The notes: generated by a model from the letters alone, not told the origin. Counted from the stretch's first letter, positions 16,909-26,430 are shown. The stretch: 64,000 nucleotides of DNA from an uncultured Candidatus Saccharibacteria bacterium (GCA_964530925.1 CAZHBZ010000003.1:33-64032); one strand, 5' to 3'. Translations and numbers: made by a program.

Positions 16909-17105
16909 TTCTCCACCTCCTATTGTGAATTGTGCTGGTTTTATTCTCTACCACTATTTTTTTGGAATCAAGGGTTCTAGCGCAAAATTCAAATTTATTG
17001 CGCAATGTGGAATTGGAAGAAGCTTTTTAGAAGCTCCGGTTTTGACCGGGACTTTTTTGAAAATCGTTGGCGGAAAGTTAAGATTTATCGTATAATCCTG
17101 CGGCA

Positions 17106-18305
17106 ATGAAAAAGATCAAGAAAAAAGTTTTTGTCGGTATGTCGGGTGGCGTAGATTCGTCTGTCGCCGCATATCTTCTAAAAAAACAAGATTACGACGT
17201 AGTCGGTGTTTTTATTCGCGGTTACAACATTGATAACTGCCAAGACAGAGACGCGGAAGACGCGCGCCGGGTGGCAGAACATTTGGGCATTCCGTTTTAC
17301 GTTTGGGATTTTGAAAAAGAATATAAAAAGAAAGTGGTTGACTATATGATCGCCGGATACAAGAAGGGCCTAACGCCGAATCCGGATGTGATGTGTAATC
17401 GGGAGATAAAATTTGGGATATTTTTCGAGAGGGCTATGAAGCTCGGGGCCGATTTTGTGGCGACGGGGCATTATGTGCGTCGGTTCGCATTTCCGGAGAC
17501 CGACGTCACTTCCTTTCCGGCGAATGAAGCGCGCCTGCATCTCGGGCGTTCGGCTCGCCGATGGCGAGACCAAGCCCGAACGCCCTCCGATAGCTCTCCG
17601 GAAACGCGAACTCTCCGCCGGGGGCTGAAGGAGGCCAAAGACGGCAACAAGGACCAAAGCTATTTTTTATGGACTTTAACCGCGAAGCAGATTGAGAAGT
17701 CTCTTTTTCCGATAGGGGATTATCTGAAGTTGGAGGTGAGACGTATTGCCAAAAAAGCCGGAATATCCACAGCAGAAAAAAAAGATTCGCAAGGGATCTG
17801 CTTTTTGGGCATGGTAAGTATCAAAGATTTTCTGAAGGAATACCTTCCGGAGAAAAAAGGCGCGGTTTTGAATCTTAAGGGTGAAAAAATAGGCGAACAT
17901 GTCGGGGCGCATTTTTATACCATAGGCCAGCGCGGCGGAGTAGGAAATTTAAAGCATGAAAAAGGGCAGAAAAACCACATTCCTCTTTATGTGGCCAAAA
18001 AAGATGTGAAGAAAAATATTTTGGTAGTCGCTGAAGGTTCCGAAAATCCCGCTTTATATGAAAATTCGGTTCATTTTACCGATGCGAATTTTAACTACTT
18101 ACTACCTACTACTCACTACCCACTTTCTGCTTTTGCCCGCGTTCGCTATCGCCAACCACTTTTTCCCGCAATGCTCTACAAACTATCAACTACAACCTAC
18201 AAACTCGTGTTCAATAAGCCTCAGAAGTTCGTGGCCCCCGGCCAGTCCGCCGTGATTTACTCGGCCAAGGGCGAAATGCTTGGCGGAGGGGTAATTAAGG
18301 CTTAA
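17106..18305 (+). CDS. mnmA: tRNA-specific 2-thiouridylase MnmA (with in-frame insertions)
   Basis: PP-loop SGGVDSS, catalytic Cys region, KDQSYFL motif; about 45 aa GC-rich insertion after GHYVRR and repeat-derived low-complexity segment near the C-terminus. Confidence 0.9.
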   Translation: MKKIKKKVFVGMSGGVDSSVAAYLLKKQDYDVVGVFIRGYNIDNCQDRDAEDARRVAEHLGIPFYVWDFEKEYKKKVVDYMIAGYKKGLTPNPDVMCNREIKFGIFFERAMKLGADFVATGHYVRRFAFPETDVTSFPANEARLHLGRSARRWRDQARTPSDSSPETRTLRRGLKEAKDGNKDQSYFLWTLTAKQIEKSLFPIGDYLKLEVRRIAKKAGISTAEKKDSQGICFLGMVSIKDFLKEYLPEKKGAVLNLKGEKIGEHVGAHFYTIGQRGGVGNLKHEKGQKNHIPLYVAKKDVKKNILVVAEGSENPALYENSVHFTDANFNYLLPTTHYPLSAFARVRYRQPLFPAMLYKLSTTTYKLVFNKPQKFVAPGQSAVIYSAKGEMLGGGVIKA

Positions 18306-18426
18306 TTTTGACATTTTCCTTCGTTTAACATAGAATTCTATCTACATTGCTTCGGCCGCGGAGAGTGTAAAAACTCTGAAAATCCGGCTATAAAGCAAGA
18401 CAAGATTAATCAAAAACAAATAAATA

Positions 18427-19185
18427 ATGGCAGACGAACCAATTGTAGCGCCAGTAGAAACCATAGACGACCCGGAAACCAACGCGATGGTAGAGGCCGG
18501 AGTTTTTGTCGGTCGCACCAAAACCAAGACTTATCCGAGAATGAGGCCTTATATTTTGACGACCCGAAACAATGTGGAAATAATCCATATGGGCAAGATC
18601 CTCGAAAAGCTCGACGAAGTTATGGATTTTGTAAAAGCTAAGGCCGCGGCCAGGACCTCAATGCTTTTCGTTGGTACTCAGCCGGCCGCGCTTGAAGCTA
18701 TAACTGATATCCAGGCATCTTTTGGGTTTCCGGCGGTTTCCGTTCGTTGGCTTGGTGGAACGCTCACCAACTATAAAGTTATTAGCAAGCGCCTTGAATA
18801 CTATAAAAAGTTGAAAGCCGATAACGCCGCCGGCGCTTTTGAAAAGTACACTAAAAAGGAACAGCTTGGTATTAGGAAAGACTTGGAGAAAATGGACGAA
18901 CTCATGAGTGGAATGGAAAATATGACCACCCGTCCGGACGTGCTTGTGGTAATCGACCCTAATTCCCATAAAGCAGCTATCCGCGAAGCGAGAAAACTGA
19001 ACATCCCGATAGTCGCCTATGTGAATACCGATACCAACCCGGACGATACAGATTATTTTGTTCCCGGCAACACCAAGTCCCGTTTGAGCATTAATTGGTT
19101 CCTCGCGAAAATTAAAGAAGCTATCGAAGCCGGACAGAAAGAGGCGGCCGCGCTCGCGGTCAAGAAGGACGCCTCGGCTGTATAA
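18427..19185 (+). CDS. rpsB: 30S ribosomal protein S2
   Basis: characteristic bS2 sequence (VGTQPAALEAI..., PDVLVVIDPN...IPIVAYVNTD). Confidence 0.9.
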   Translation: MADEPIVAPVETIDDPETNAMVEAGVFVGRTKTKTYPRMRPYILTTRNNVEIIHMGKILEKLDEVMDFVKAKAAARTSMLFVGTQPAALEAITDIQASFGFPAVSVRWLGGTLTNYKVISKRLEYYKKLKADNAAGAFEKYTKKEQLGIRKDLEKMDELMSGMENMTTRPDVLVVIDPNSHKAAIREARKLNIPIVAYVNTDTNPDDTDYFVPGNTKSRLSINWFLAKIKEAIEAGQKEAAALAVKKDASAV

Positions 19186-19353
19186 CTTTTTTTCACCCGC
19201 ATTTTTTGTTAGAATATTTCTGTTCGCAAAATGATAGTAAAAAGACTTGTCCTGTTAGAAATAACGGGGGTTAACGCGGAAATATAAAGGAAAACCGAAG
19301 TTCTTAATAAATATAAAAGGTACAAAAATAATAAAACAAAATTTCTAATCGGG

Positions 19354-19794
19354 ATGAACGACGAAATAGTTAGGTTAAGAGAAAAGACCGGAGCCGGAGT
19401 AATGGATTGTAAAAGAGCTCTTACGGATGCTAAGGGCGATTTTGACGCGGCTGTTGCGCTTATCGGTGAAAGAGGTCTCGCCAAGGTTGAAAAGAGAGCA
19501 GACCGCGAAGCCGGAGCCGGAATGATATTTTCTTACGTTCACAATGACCGCATCGGTGTCTTGGTAGATATGCGCGCGGAAACCGATTTTGTTGTTCACT
19601 CCGATCCGTTTAAAGAAACGATTCGGGAAATTGCCATGCAGGTAGCTGCTGCCGCGCCGGAAAATGTTGAAGCCCTTATGGATCAACCCTACATCAAGGA
19701 TGAGAGCAAAGCCGTTAAAGATCTTATTAATGATGTCATCGCCAAAGTTGGCGAGAACGTTAAGGTGCGCGCTTTTTCCCGGATAGAGCTATAA
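19354..19794 (+). CDS. tsf: elongation factor Ts (short form)
   Basis: N-terminal UBA-like LREKTGAGVMDCKRAL motif; rpsB-tsf synteny; 146 aa. Confidence 0.85.
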   Translation: MNDEIVRLREKTGAGVMDCKRALTDAKGDFDAAVALIGERGLAKVEKRADREAGAGMIFSYVHNDRIGVLVDMRAETDFVVHSDPFKETIREIAMQVAAAAPENVEALMDQPYIKDESKAVKDLINDVIAKVGENVKVRAFSRIEL

Positions 19795-19894
19795 TCTAGT
19801 AGATAGTAGTTAGAAGATAGTATGTAGAATATATTTTTTTGAATTAGTTTTTAAGTTATCTACTATTCACCATTCACTATCTACTGCCCTTCCC

Positions 19895-20233
19895 ATGTTC
19901 ACTTTCATCATCACCAATATATTTCTCCTTTCCCTTGCCACCGTACTTTTTATGGTGGCTCGTGCTTTGCCTCGCATAGAAACTTCTGAAGAAGAAATAA
20001 AACAGAGCCCTCTCGAGAAATGGGTAACTTCAGGCGTGCCGGAGAAGTTGGACATCTTTTTTAACGCTTTTTCCGCGAAGATACTTAGGAAGTCCAAGGT
20101 ATTCATTCTGAAGATAGATAATATCGTTACCTTAAAGCTCCAAGGTTTTGCCAAGGACATGAATGGCAAAGCCAAGCCGGATTTTAAAGAAGTTATCGGA
20201 GAAAAAAAAGAAGATGAAGAAACCCCCGCCTAA
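19895..20233 (+). CDS. hypothetical small membrane protein
   Basis: one N-terminal TM helix; followed by a terminator. Confidence 0.4.
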   Translation: MFTFIITNIFLLSLATVLFMVARALPRIETSEEEIKQSPLEKWVTSGVPEKLDIFFNAFSAKILRKSKVFILKIDNIVTLKLQGFAKDMNGKAKPDFKEVIGEKKEDEETPA

Positions 20234-20247
20234 GGCGGGGGTTTCTG
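20221..20247 (+). terminator. rho-independent terminator (AACCCCCGCC-TAAG-GCGGGGGTT + T)
   Basis: perfect 10 bp stem seen directly. Confidence 0.6.
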
Positions 20248-20391
20248 GTTAAAATTATAACTGCCGCGATATATCGAACAAAGATTTATTTGGCAATTGC
20301 GCCGGAAGGGAAGAGGCCTTCGTTTGCGCGCCTTGCCAATTATGAGATTAATAAGGTAATATCCGTTTGGTTCTAAATAAGAGGAGGAATC

Positions 20392-20631
20392 ATGCCGGAA
20401 TCGATTTTGGGCGCGATGATGCTCGAACGGGCGCTCGATCTCGCGAAAAATAAGTATCGTCCGCCGGAAATTCTTGAATTGGAAGCCCAGATCGAAAGAG
20501 ATACTCGCGCTCTTGAAATCAGAGAATCGGCCGGCGGGAGGATTGAGGAGGCGGACATCTCAAGGGTCGTAGGGATGAAGCTCCTGCGGGATAAGCTTTA
20601 CGCCGTTTGGCTTCTGCGAGAATGTTCCTAG
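20392..20631 (+). CDS. hypothetical 79 aa protein upstream of gmk
   Basis: strong RBS AGGAGGAAtcATG; terminator hairpin at 20641-20666. Confidence 0.4.
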   Translation: MPESILGAMMLERALDLAKNKYRPPEILELEAQIERDTRALEIRESAGGRIEEADISRVVGMKLLRDKLYAVWLLRECS

Positions 20632-20730
20632 CATGTCTTGAACCGCAACACGTGTTGCGGTTTTTTGTTTGCGTGGTTCGATTTTCCCGGAGTAATATGG
20701 AATTAGCATCTTATTTTTTTAGGAGGGGCG

Positions 20731-21303
20731 ATGGGACGCTTCGTTGTGATAACCGGACCATCAGGTTCCGGAAAGACCACCGTTCTGAAAGAGCTTCTGC
20801 GAATAATCCCGAATTCCGGGAGGATAGTCACCACGACCACCAGGGGCCCGCGCGAAGGCGAGGCGGATGGCGTAGATTATCACTTTGTAAGCCGGGAAAG
20901 ATTTGCCGCGCTTGTCGAGAAGGGCGAATTTCTCGAACATGTCGAGATCTATGGGCATCGCTACGGTTCGACCATTAAAGCTCTGAATGAAGCGCGCGCG
21001 AAGCACGAAATCGTTTTTGCGGTTCTTGACCCGCGCGGGGCAAGCGCCCTCAAGAAACGCTTTAACGGCTTCACTTTTCTGTTTTTGGTGCCGGACTCCA
21101 TAGGTGAATTAGGGCGGAGGCTCATGGAACGCGGCATGGATATGTCCGAAGCCGAACGCAAAGTCCGTCTTGACGATGCCATCGCCGAGTTGGCTCTGGC
21201 GAAAGGATTTAACTCCATCGTGGACAATCGGGAGGGGGAGTTTAGGGAAACCCTTCAAACCATCGCCGAACTTCTTGGCGCAAAAATCACTCCGGCCTTA
21301 TAA
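20731..21303 (+). CDS. gmk: guanylate kinase
   Basis: P-loop GPSGSGKTT, GMP-binding TTRGPREGE..GVDYHFV. Confidence 0.9.
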   Translation: MGRFVVITGPSGSGKTTVLKELLRIIPNSGRIVTTTTRGPREGEADGVDYHFVSRERFAALVEKGEFLEHVEIYGHRYGSTIKALNEARAKHEIVFAVLDPRGASALKKRFNGFTFLFLVPDSIGELGRRLMERGMDMSEAERKVRLDDAIAELALAKGFNSIVDNREGEFRETLQTIAELLGAKITPAL

Positions 21304-21363
21304 AAGGCCGGTTTTTCTTTATTTGCGATATTGGTCGGTTTCTTATATTATTTCCTATGAAAT

Positions 21364-21450
21364 GCACAGGTGGTAGAGCGGTCAAATACAAGAGACTGTA
21401 AATCTCTCGCCCATGTGGCTACGCAGGTTCGAATCCTGCCCTGTGCACCA
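21364..21450 (+). tRNA. tRNA-Tyr (anticodon GTA), class II with long variable arm, CCA encoded
   Basis: acceptor GCACAGG/CCTGTGC, anticodon loop CTGTAAA, variable hairpin GCCCATGTGGC, T-arm GCAGGTTCGAATCCTGC, ACCA 3' end. Confidence 0.85.
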
Positions 21451-21591
21451 ATAAAATATCCTCACGGGATTTTTTTGTATACATTAAAAGGATTTGAGCG
21501 GGGGGTGGAGATAATGCCTAAGCGGTTTTTGAAGTTTGCTTTTTATCATCCTTCGATTTAAAACTTAGGTAGCGCGTGGAGGAGGTTTTGT

Positions 21592-22023
21592 ATGGGCCGG
21601 AAGCAGTCTTGGCTTGATGGGGAGATCCACGAAGAACTCGCGGCGTTAGACATGGACGCTCGTCTCCCGGAGGCGGAAGAGCTGCTTGAACCGCAGGGCA
21701 TGTTCGAGAGGTTTCTTGGGATAGCGAACGGGGATGAGAAGCGCTATTTTGTTCTCTGGGCGCTATACGCGACCGCTCAAGGTGATGCCGCGGAGAAGGG
21801 GGATGTTTCTCAGGCCATGTTCTGTGGCGTTCGGGCAGAGATGATCCAAAACATTTTTTATTTCCGTGTGGCAGAAAGGCTGGGGGTTTGGGATATCGGC
21901 GCCGTTGAGCTTGGAGTCCGCAAAGGATGGACGATTGTCGGCATGACCCCGGAGGACAAAAGAAAAATCAATGCCGCTGGTGATTTCTTTTCCAGCGCGA
22001 AAGATGATGGGCAAGTGACGTGA
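21592..22023 (+). CDS. hypothetical protein (GC-rich, tRNA-adjacent)
   Basis: ORF with RBS GGAGGTTTTGTATG; no motif recognised. Confidence 0.4.
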   Translation: MGRKQSWLDGEIHEELAALDMDARLPEAEELLEPQGMFERFLGIANGDEKRYFVLWALYATAQGDAAEKGDVSQAMFCGVRAEMIQNIFYFRVAERLGVWDIGAVELGVRKGWTIVGMTPEDKRKINAAGDFFSSAKDDGQVT

Positions 22024-22144
22024 GGAGATTTGGCCCCGACCTAAGTCGGGGCTTTATTATTGACAAATTTTAGTAATCAATTATAATTTGCGCAGTTGTT
22101 CGTAAATCGTGCAATAGGCCCAAAAGGGCCGGAAAGGACTTGAT

Positions 22145-22675
22145 ATGAAGCTCAAGTACATCGAAGATCTGCTCGCCGAGGCCGAGGCCGTTTCTCCGGA
22201 GGAAATTCGGGAAGTGGCGAATACCCAGGCAGGAATCGTTCCTCCGACGGAAGATCTTGTCGGGGTTCTCCCCGAAGATCTCCGGAAGCTCGCGGTGGTC
22301 ATGTTCCGTCGTGGGGAGGAGCTCCGGAAGTTCGTTCTTGCCGAGAGCTCGAAGCCGAGGACCGGGGACATGGTCTTCGAAGTGAAGAGACTCCTCGATT
22401 TCGAAGAAAAGGTGGAGTTCTTGCAGTACAAGCTGACTGCCCTGGAGGCCATCTTCTGGGAAGCCGTTTCTGTTGAGTTTGGGGTCAGGGAAGTGGGCCT
22501 CGCCATCAACGGAAGGTGGCAGCTTTTCTTCGCGAATCCGAAGTGCAAAAGCTGCGGCAAGAGGCATCCCAAGGAGAAGACAGATGGCAAGCCCGAGGCC
22601 ACCCATGGCCTCGACGGGCTCCTCAACATTCTCGGCGGTCCCGGCGTTTCCTTCGGCCGTGGCGGAAACGCCTGA
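22145..22675 (+). CDS. hypothetical protein (GC-rich; strand ambiguous with overlapping minus-strand ORFs)
   Basis: RBS AAAGGActtgatATG; C-terminal CxxC (CKSCGKRH). Confidence 0.35.
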   Translation: MKLKYIEDLLAEAEAVSPEEIREVANTQAGIVPPTEDLVGVLPEDLRKLAVVMFRRGEELRKFVLAESSKPRTGDMVFEVKRLLDFEEKVEFLQYKLTALEAIFWEAVSVEFGVREVGLAINGRWQLFFANPKCKSCGKRHPKEKTDGKPEATHGLDGLLNILGGPGVSFGRGGNA

Positions 22676-22776
22676 GCTTTTTCGTTCCTCAAGCCTCGAC
22701 ATTCGTGTCGGGGCTTTTTCATATTCTAATCCCTCAAAAACTGGTAAAATTGAAAATATAGATTTTGAATTGACCC

Positions 22777-23271
22777 ATGGCCAATGAATACGTAAGCGAA
22801 GCGATAGTTTTGGAAAAGGAACCTCAGGGCGAACTCGATGAACGAGTCGCGGTTTTTACGCGAAACCTCGGGAAGTTTTCGGCAAAAGTAAAAAGTTCCC
22901 GGAAAATAACTTCGAAACTTTCTCCGCATTTAGAACCGGGTAATTTTATCCGGGTGCGGATGATCGAGAAAGGAAGCCTTCAGGTAGTAGATGCTTTAAA
23001 ACGCGGGAAACTTTCGGGCTCTCCCGATTTTTTCTATCTTCTGGGAAGAGTTTTGGCGGAGGGTGAACCGGATGAACTTCTTTGGGCTACGCTTCTTGCA
23101 GGCGAAAAAGATTGGAGGAAAATTTTGGCAATTCTGGGTTGGGACCCGGAGCATGCTTCCTGCGAGCATTGTGGCAGGGGAGATGTGTTCGCTTTTCATA
23201 TCGGGAGCCAGAACTTTTTTTGCGGTCCCTGCGCTTTTCGGAGCCGAGGAGAAAAGATAGAATTGCTATAA
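22777..23271 (+). CDS. recO: DNA repair protein RecO-like (short form: N-terminal OB fold plus C4 zinc finger)
   Basis: N-terminal OB-fold pattern typical of RecO and CEHCG...CGPC zinc motif; only 164 aa. Confidence 0.5.
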   Translation: MANEYVSEAIVLEKEPQGELDERVAVFTRNLGKFSAKVKSSRKITSKLSPHLEPGNFIRVRMIEKGSLQVVDALKRGKLSGSPDFFYLLGRVLAEGEPDELLWATLLAGEKDWRKILAILGWDPEHASCEHCGRGDVFAFHIGSQNFFCGPCAFRSRGEKIELL

Positions 23272-23301
23272 ATTTTTTAGATGACTTGTTATAATTAAAC
23301 A

Positions 23302-25026
23302 ATGCGGAAGTTTGGAATTACGTTGCTTGTCCTGGCTGTCCTAGCCGGTGTCGGTTACACCGTCTATTATTTTCTTGAACCTAAGGCCCCGAATGTGACT
23401 TTAGATTTCGCGCGGCCTGGGGATGTTTTTATCGGCAAGCCATTTTCGCTTTCGGTTTCTTATTCCAACTCCTCCGACCAGGTTTTAAAAAATGTTAAGT
23501 TTTTGGTTGTTTTGCCGCCGGAGTTATCTTTTCTCGGTAAATCCACCGACCAAAGGGTCTTTGAGAAGCCTATCGGCGATGTCGGTCCGGGAAGCGTCAC
23601 TCCGGAAACTTTGAATCTTATCGCTCAAAGCGGCGCGCAAAGTTTCAAAGAGATAACCGCGAAACTTCGCTATAACCTCGCGACTAATCCGGATGTGCAA
23701 TTCGAGGCTTCAAAAACATTCGACCTTGGCCTTGGTCTTCCGGGCGTGTCTTTGGCGATAGTCACTCCGCAAAACGTTAACAGCGGAGAAAATTTCGATA
23801 CTCAAGTAAAACTTCAAAACAATACTGGCGAGGATATAAAAAATATCGCTTTAAAATTAAGCTATCCGCCGGTTTTCAATTTTGTTAAATCGGATAAAGA
23901 GGACGCGCGAAGGAATAATCAGGAATGGATTTTTCCGACTTTGGCCAAGGGCCAGACGGAGAGCGTGAATATAAACGGAAATCTTGTCGGCGCGGACCTT
24001 GCCCGCTATCAATTTGCCGCGTCGGCCTCCTCCGATTATATGGGCCAAACCTACGCGATGGATAACCAAACCTCGGATATTGCTATCTCTCCGTCTCCAT
24101 TATCCCTTTCCATTTTAGTTAATGGATCCGACCCGAATTCCTATGTGGCGCGAGCGGGAGAAGATATAAATTATGAGATGAGATACAAGAATAATTCTTC
24201 GGTTCCGCTTTCTAATTTAAAATTAACCGCTGGCATGGTCGGGGAGATGTACGATTTCTCGACTCTTAGCGCCAACGCGGTTTTTAATTCGATAACGAAT
24301 ATCCTTACCTGGACCCAGCAAAGCGCCGGAGATTTAGCGGTTTTGAATCCGGGCGAAGAGCGTTCTATCTCTTTCCGCGTAAAATTGAAGAGCGCTTTTC
24401 CCATTCGGCGTTTGGGTGATAAGAACTTCTCTTTGAAGCTAAACCTGTCGCTTGAGTCTCCGACGGTTCCTCCCGGAGTCGCCGCTCAAAAAACGGTTAC
24501 CATTTCTAAAATTGAGACTAAATTGTCCGGCCAGGCAGACATAAAGAGCGCGGGATATTTCTATGATTCCGCTTCCGGCATTCTAAACAAAGGCCCTTAT
24601 CCGCCGCGAGCCAATCAGAAAACCCAATACACGATTCACTGGAAGGTTATCAACTATTCCACGGATATAACCGGTGCTGTTATTTCCGCCAAGGCGGCTC
24701 CAGGCGTTAATTTCACCGGTCAGATAAAAAGCAATTCCGGGAGCCAGCCTTCATATGATTCGGCGAGCGGCGTTGTGACTTGGAATCTTGGCGATGTCCC
24801 GGCGACAAAGGGAATTGTGGGGACTCCATTTGAGGCGATATTCCAGATCGAGTATACTCCATCCAATCTGCAGATAGGCGAAGAAGTCGGTTTGCTGGGC
24901 GAAACGAGGCTGACAGCAAAAGACGCGTTTACCGGCAAGGATATCTCCGCTGTTTCCGGCGAAATAACCACCTATCTTCGCGATGACTCAAAAATAACGA
25001 CACCGGATAGAAACGTGCGTCCATAA
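23302..25026 (+). CDS. N-terminally anchored cell-surface protein with repeated beta-sandwich (DUF11/CARDB-like) domains
   Basis: TM anchor then repetitive Ser/Thr/Asn-rich beta-rich segments. Confidence 0.45.
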   Translation: MRKFGITLLVLAVLAGVGYTVYYFLEPKAPNVTLDFARPGDVFIGKPFSLSVSYSNSSDQVLKNVKFLVVLPPELSFLGKSTDQRVFEKPIGDVGPGSVTPETLNLIAQSGAQSFKEITAKLRYNLATNPDVQFEASKTFDLGLGLPGVSLAIVTPQNVNSGENFDTQVKLQNNTGEDIKNIALKLSYPPVFNFVKSDKEDARRNNQEWIFPTLAKGQTESVNINGNLVGADLARYQFAASASSDYMGQTYAMDNQTSDIAISPSPLSLSILVNGSDPNSYVARAGEDINYEMRYKNNSSVPLSNLKLTAGMVGEMYDFSTLSANAVFNSITNILTWTQQSAGDLAVLNPGEERSISFRVKLKSAFPIRRLGDKNFSLKLNLSLESPTVPPGVAAQKTVTISKIETKLSGQADIKSAGYFYDSASGILNKGPYPPRANQKTQYTIHWKVINYSTDITGAVISAKAAPGVNFTGQIKSNSGSQPSYDSASGVVTWNLGDVPATKGIVGTPFEAIFQIEYTPSNLQIGEEVGLLGETRLTAKDAFTGKDISAVSGEITTYLRDDSKITTPDRNVRP

Positions 25027-25044
25027 ATTATTCAACTTATATTT

Positions 25045-26430
25045 ATGTCAGAAGAGAACTCCATGGAAAAAATAGTCAGCCTGAGCAAGCGTCGAGGTTT
25101 TGTGTTTCCAGGCTCAGAAATTTACGGTGGGTTCGCCAATTCTTGGGATTATGGTCCGATGGGAATTGAGCTAAAAAATAACATAGCCCAGGTCTGGTGG
25201 AAAAATTTTGTGCATCGAAGAGACGACGTAGTCGGCCTGGATTCCGCGATTATCACCAATCCGAAGGTTTGGGAAGCTTCGGGCCACGTTTCTAATTTCA
25301 GCGATCCGCTCGTAGATTGTAAAAAATGTAAGACCCGTCACAGGGGCGATAAGCTTTTAGAAGAAAAGCTTGGCGTGGATGAAGTCGCGGCGATAAAATT
25401 TGAAGACATCGGCAATAAGTTAAACGAACTAAAAATAAAGTGTCCGAATTGCGGCGCGGCGGATTGGACGGAGGCACGCAAATTCAATTTGCTTTTCGAA
25501 ACATATGTGGGAACGACGGACGAGTCCAAAATAAAGGCGTATCTAAGAGGGGAGACTGCCCAGGGCATTTTCATTAATTTCAAGAATATCCTTCAAACGA
25601 GCCGCAAGAAGCTTCCGTTTGGCATCGCTCAAGTGGGTAAGGCTTTCAGGAACGAGATAACACCAGGGAATTTTATTTTCAGAACCCGTGAATTCGAGCA
25701 GATGGAAATCGAGTATTTTATCGCCCCGCCGAAACATGAGGAGGACTGGAAGCGCCCGTTTGAAGAATGGCAAACGGAGATTAAAAGATTTTTCGCGGAA
25801 GACTTGGGGCTTAGCGAAAAAAATATGCGTTGGCGCCGGCATGATGAAAACGAACGCTCTTTCTATTCCAAAGACACATATGACGTTGAATACGATTTTC
25901 CGTCCCTCGGCTGGGGAGAGCTTCACGGATTCGCTTATCGCACTGATTACGATCTGAAACAGCATGTCGAATACTCTGGCGCGGATCTTTATTACACCGA
26001 CGACGAGGGCAATAAGTTCATTCCGCACTGCATTGAGCCTTCTTTTGGACTAACCCGCACATTTCTCGCCGTGCTTTGTGAGGCTTATCACGAAGACGGC
26101 GAGCGCGTGGTCTTGAAGCTTCCGTTTAACCTCGCTCCGTATAAAGCCGCGGTTTTCCCGCTTTTGAAGAACAAGCCGGAACTCGTGGAAAAAGCGAGGG
26201 AAGTTTACGACGAATTAAGAAAAGAATTTATGGTTTGCTGGGACGATAGGGGCAATGTCGGCAAACGCTATTATTCGCAAGATGAAATAGGCACTCCCTA
26301 TGGTATTACTATCGATTTCCAAACCTTAGAGGACGAGACCGTGACCGTTCGCGATCGCGACACGGCGGAACAGGTGAGAGTCAGAACCGACAAGCTTATT
26401 GAATTGCTCCGCGAAAAAGCGCGCGGATAG
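25045..26430 (+). CDS. glyQS: glycine--tRNA ligase (class II, alpha2 glyQS type)
   Basis: characteristic GlyRS motifs (FVFPGSEIYGG, FRNEITPGNFIFRTREFEQMEIEYF, C-terminal anticodon-binding domain). Confidence 0.9.
   Translation: MSEENSMEKIVSLSKRRGFVFPGSEIYGGFANSWDYGPMGIELKNNIAQVWWKNFVHRRDDVVGLDSAIITNPKVWEASGHVSNFSDPLVDCKKCKTRHRGDKLLEEKLGVDEVAAIKFEDIGNKLNELKIKCPNCGAADWTEARKFNLLFETYVGTTDESKIKAYLRGETAQGIFINFKNILQTSRKKLPFGIAQVGKAFRNEITPGNFIFRTREFEQMEIEYFIAPPKHEEDWKRPFEEWQTEIKRFFAEDLGLSEKNMRWRRHDENERSFYSKDTYDVEYDFPSLGWGELHGFAYRTDYDLKQHVEYSGADLYYTDDEGNKFIPHCIEPSFGLTRTFLAVLCEAYHEDGERVVLKLPFNLAPYKAAVFPLLKNKPELVEKAREVYDELRKEFMVCWDDRGNVGKRYYSQDEIGTPYGITIDFQTLEDETVTVRDRDTAEQVRVRTDKLIELLREKARG

Noticed and set aside
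16138-16980. Plus-strand 280 aa ORF, and 16574..17095, overlapping the metallophosphoesterase gene
   Set aside because: These are antisense to a motif-bearing minus-strand gene. They are Arg/Leu-rich with GC-rich shadow-ORF composition and have no RBS.
20392-20631. Calling the 79 aa ORF upstream of gmk as rpoZ or remA by synteny
   Set aside because: Gene order near gmk often includes rpoZ/remA, but the sequence lacks the RpoZ or DUF370 (RemA) signatures I can recall, so it is left as hypothetical.
22070-22722. Minus-strand ORFs (210 and 213 aa) overlapping 22145..22675
   Set aside because: These are two mutually overlapping frames on the same strand in GC-rich DNA, and both are Pro/Arg/Ser-rich. 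The plus-strand ORF has a better RBS and more protein-like composition, but strand assignment here remains uncertain and confidence is lowered accordingly.
21451-25026. Prophage downstream of tRNA-Tyr
   Set aside because: No integrase, terminase, capsid, portal or tail-like proteins are present. Housekeeping recO and glyQS follow within 3.5 kb.
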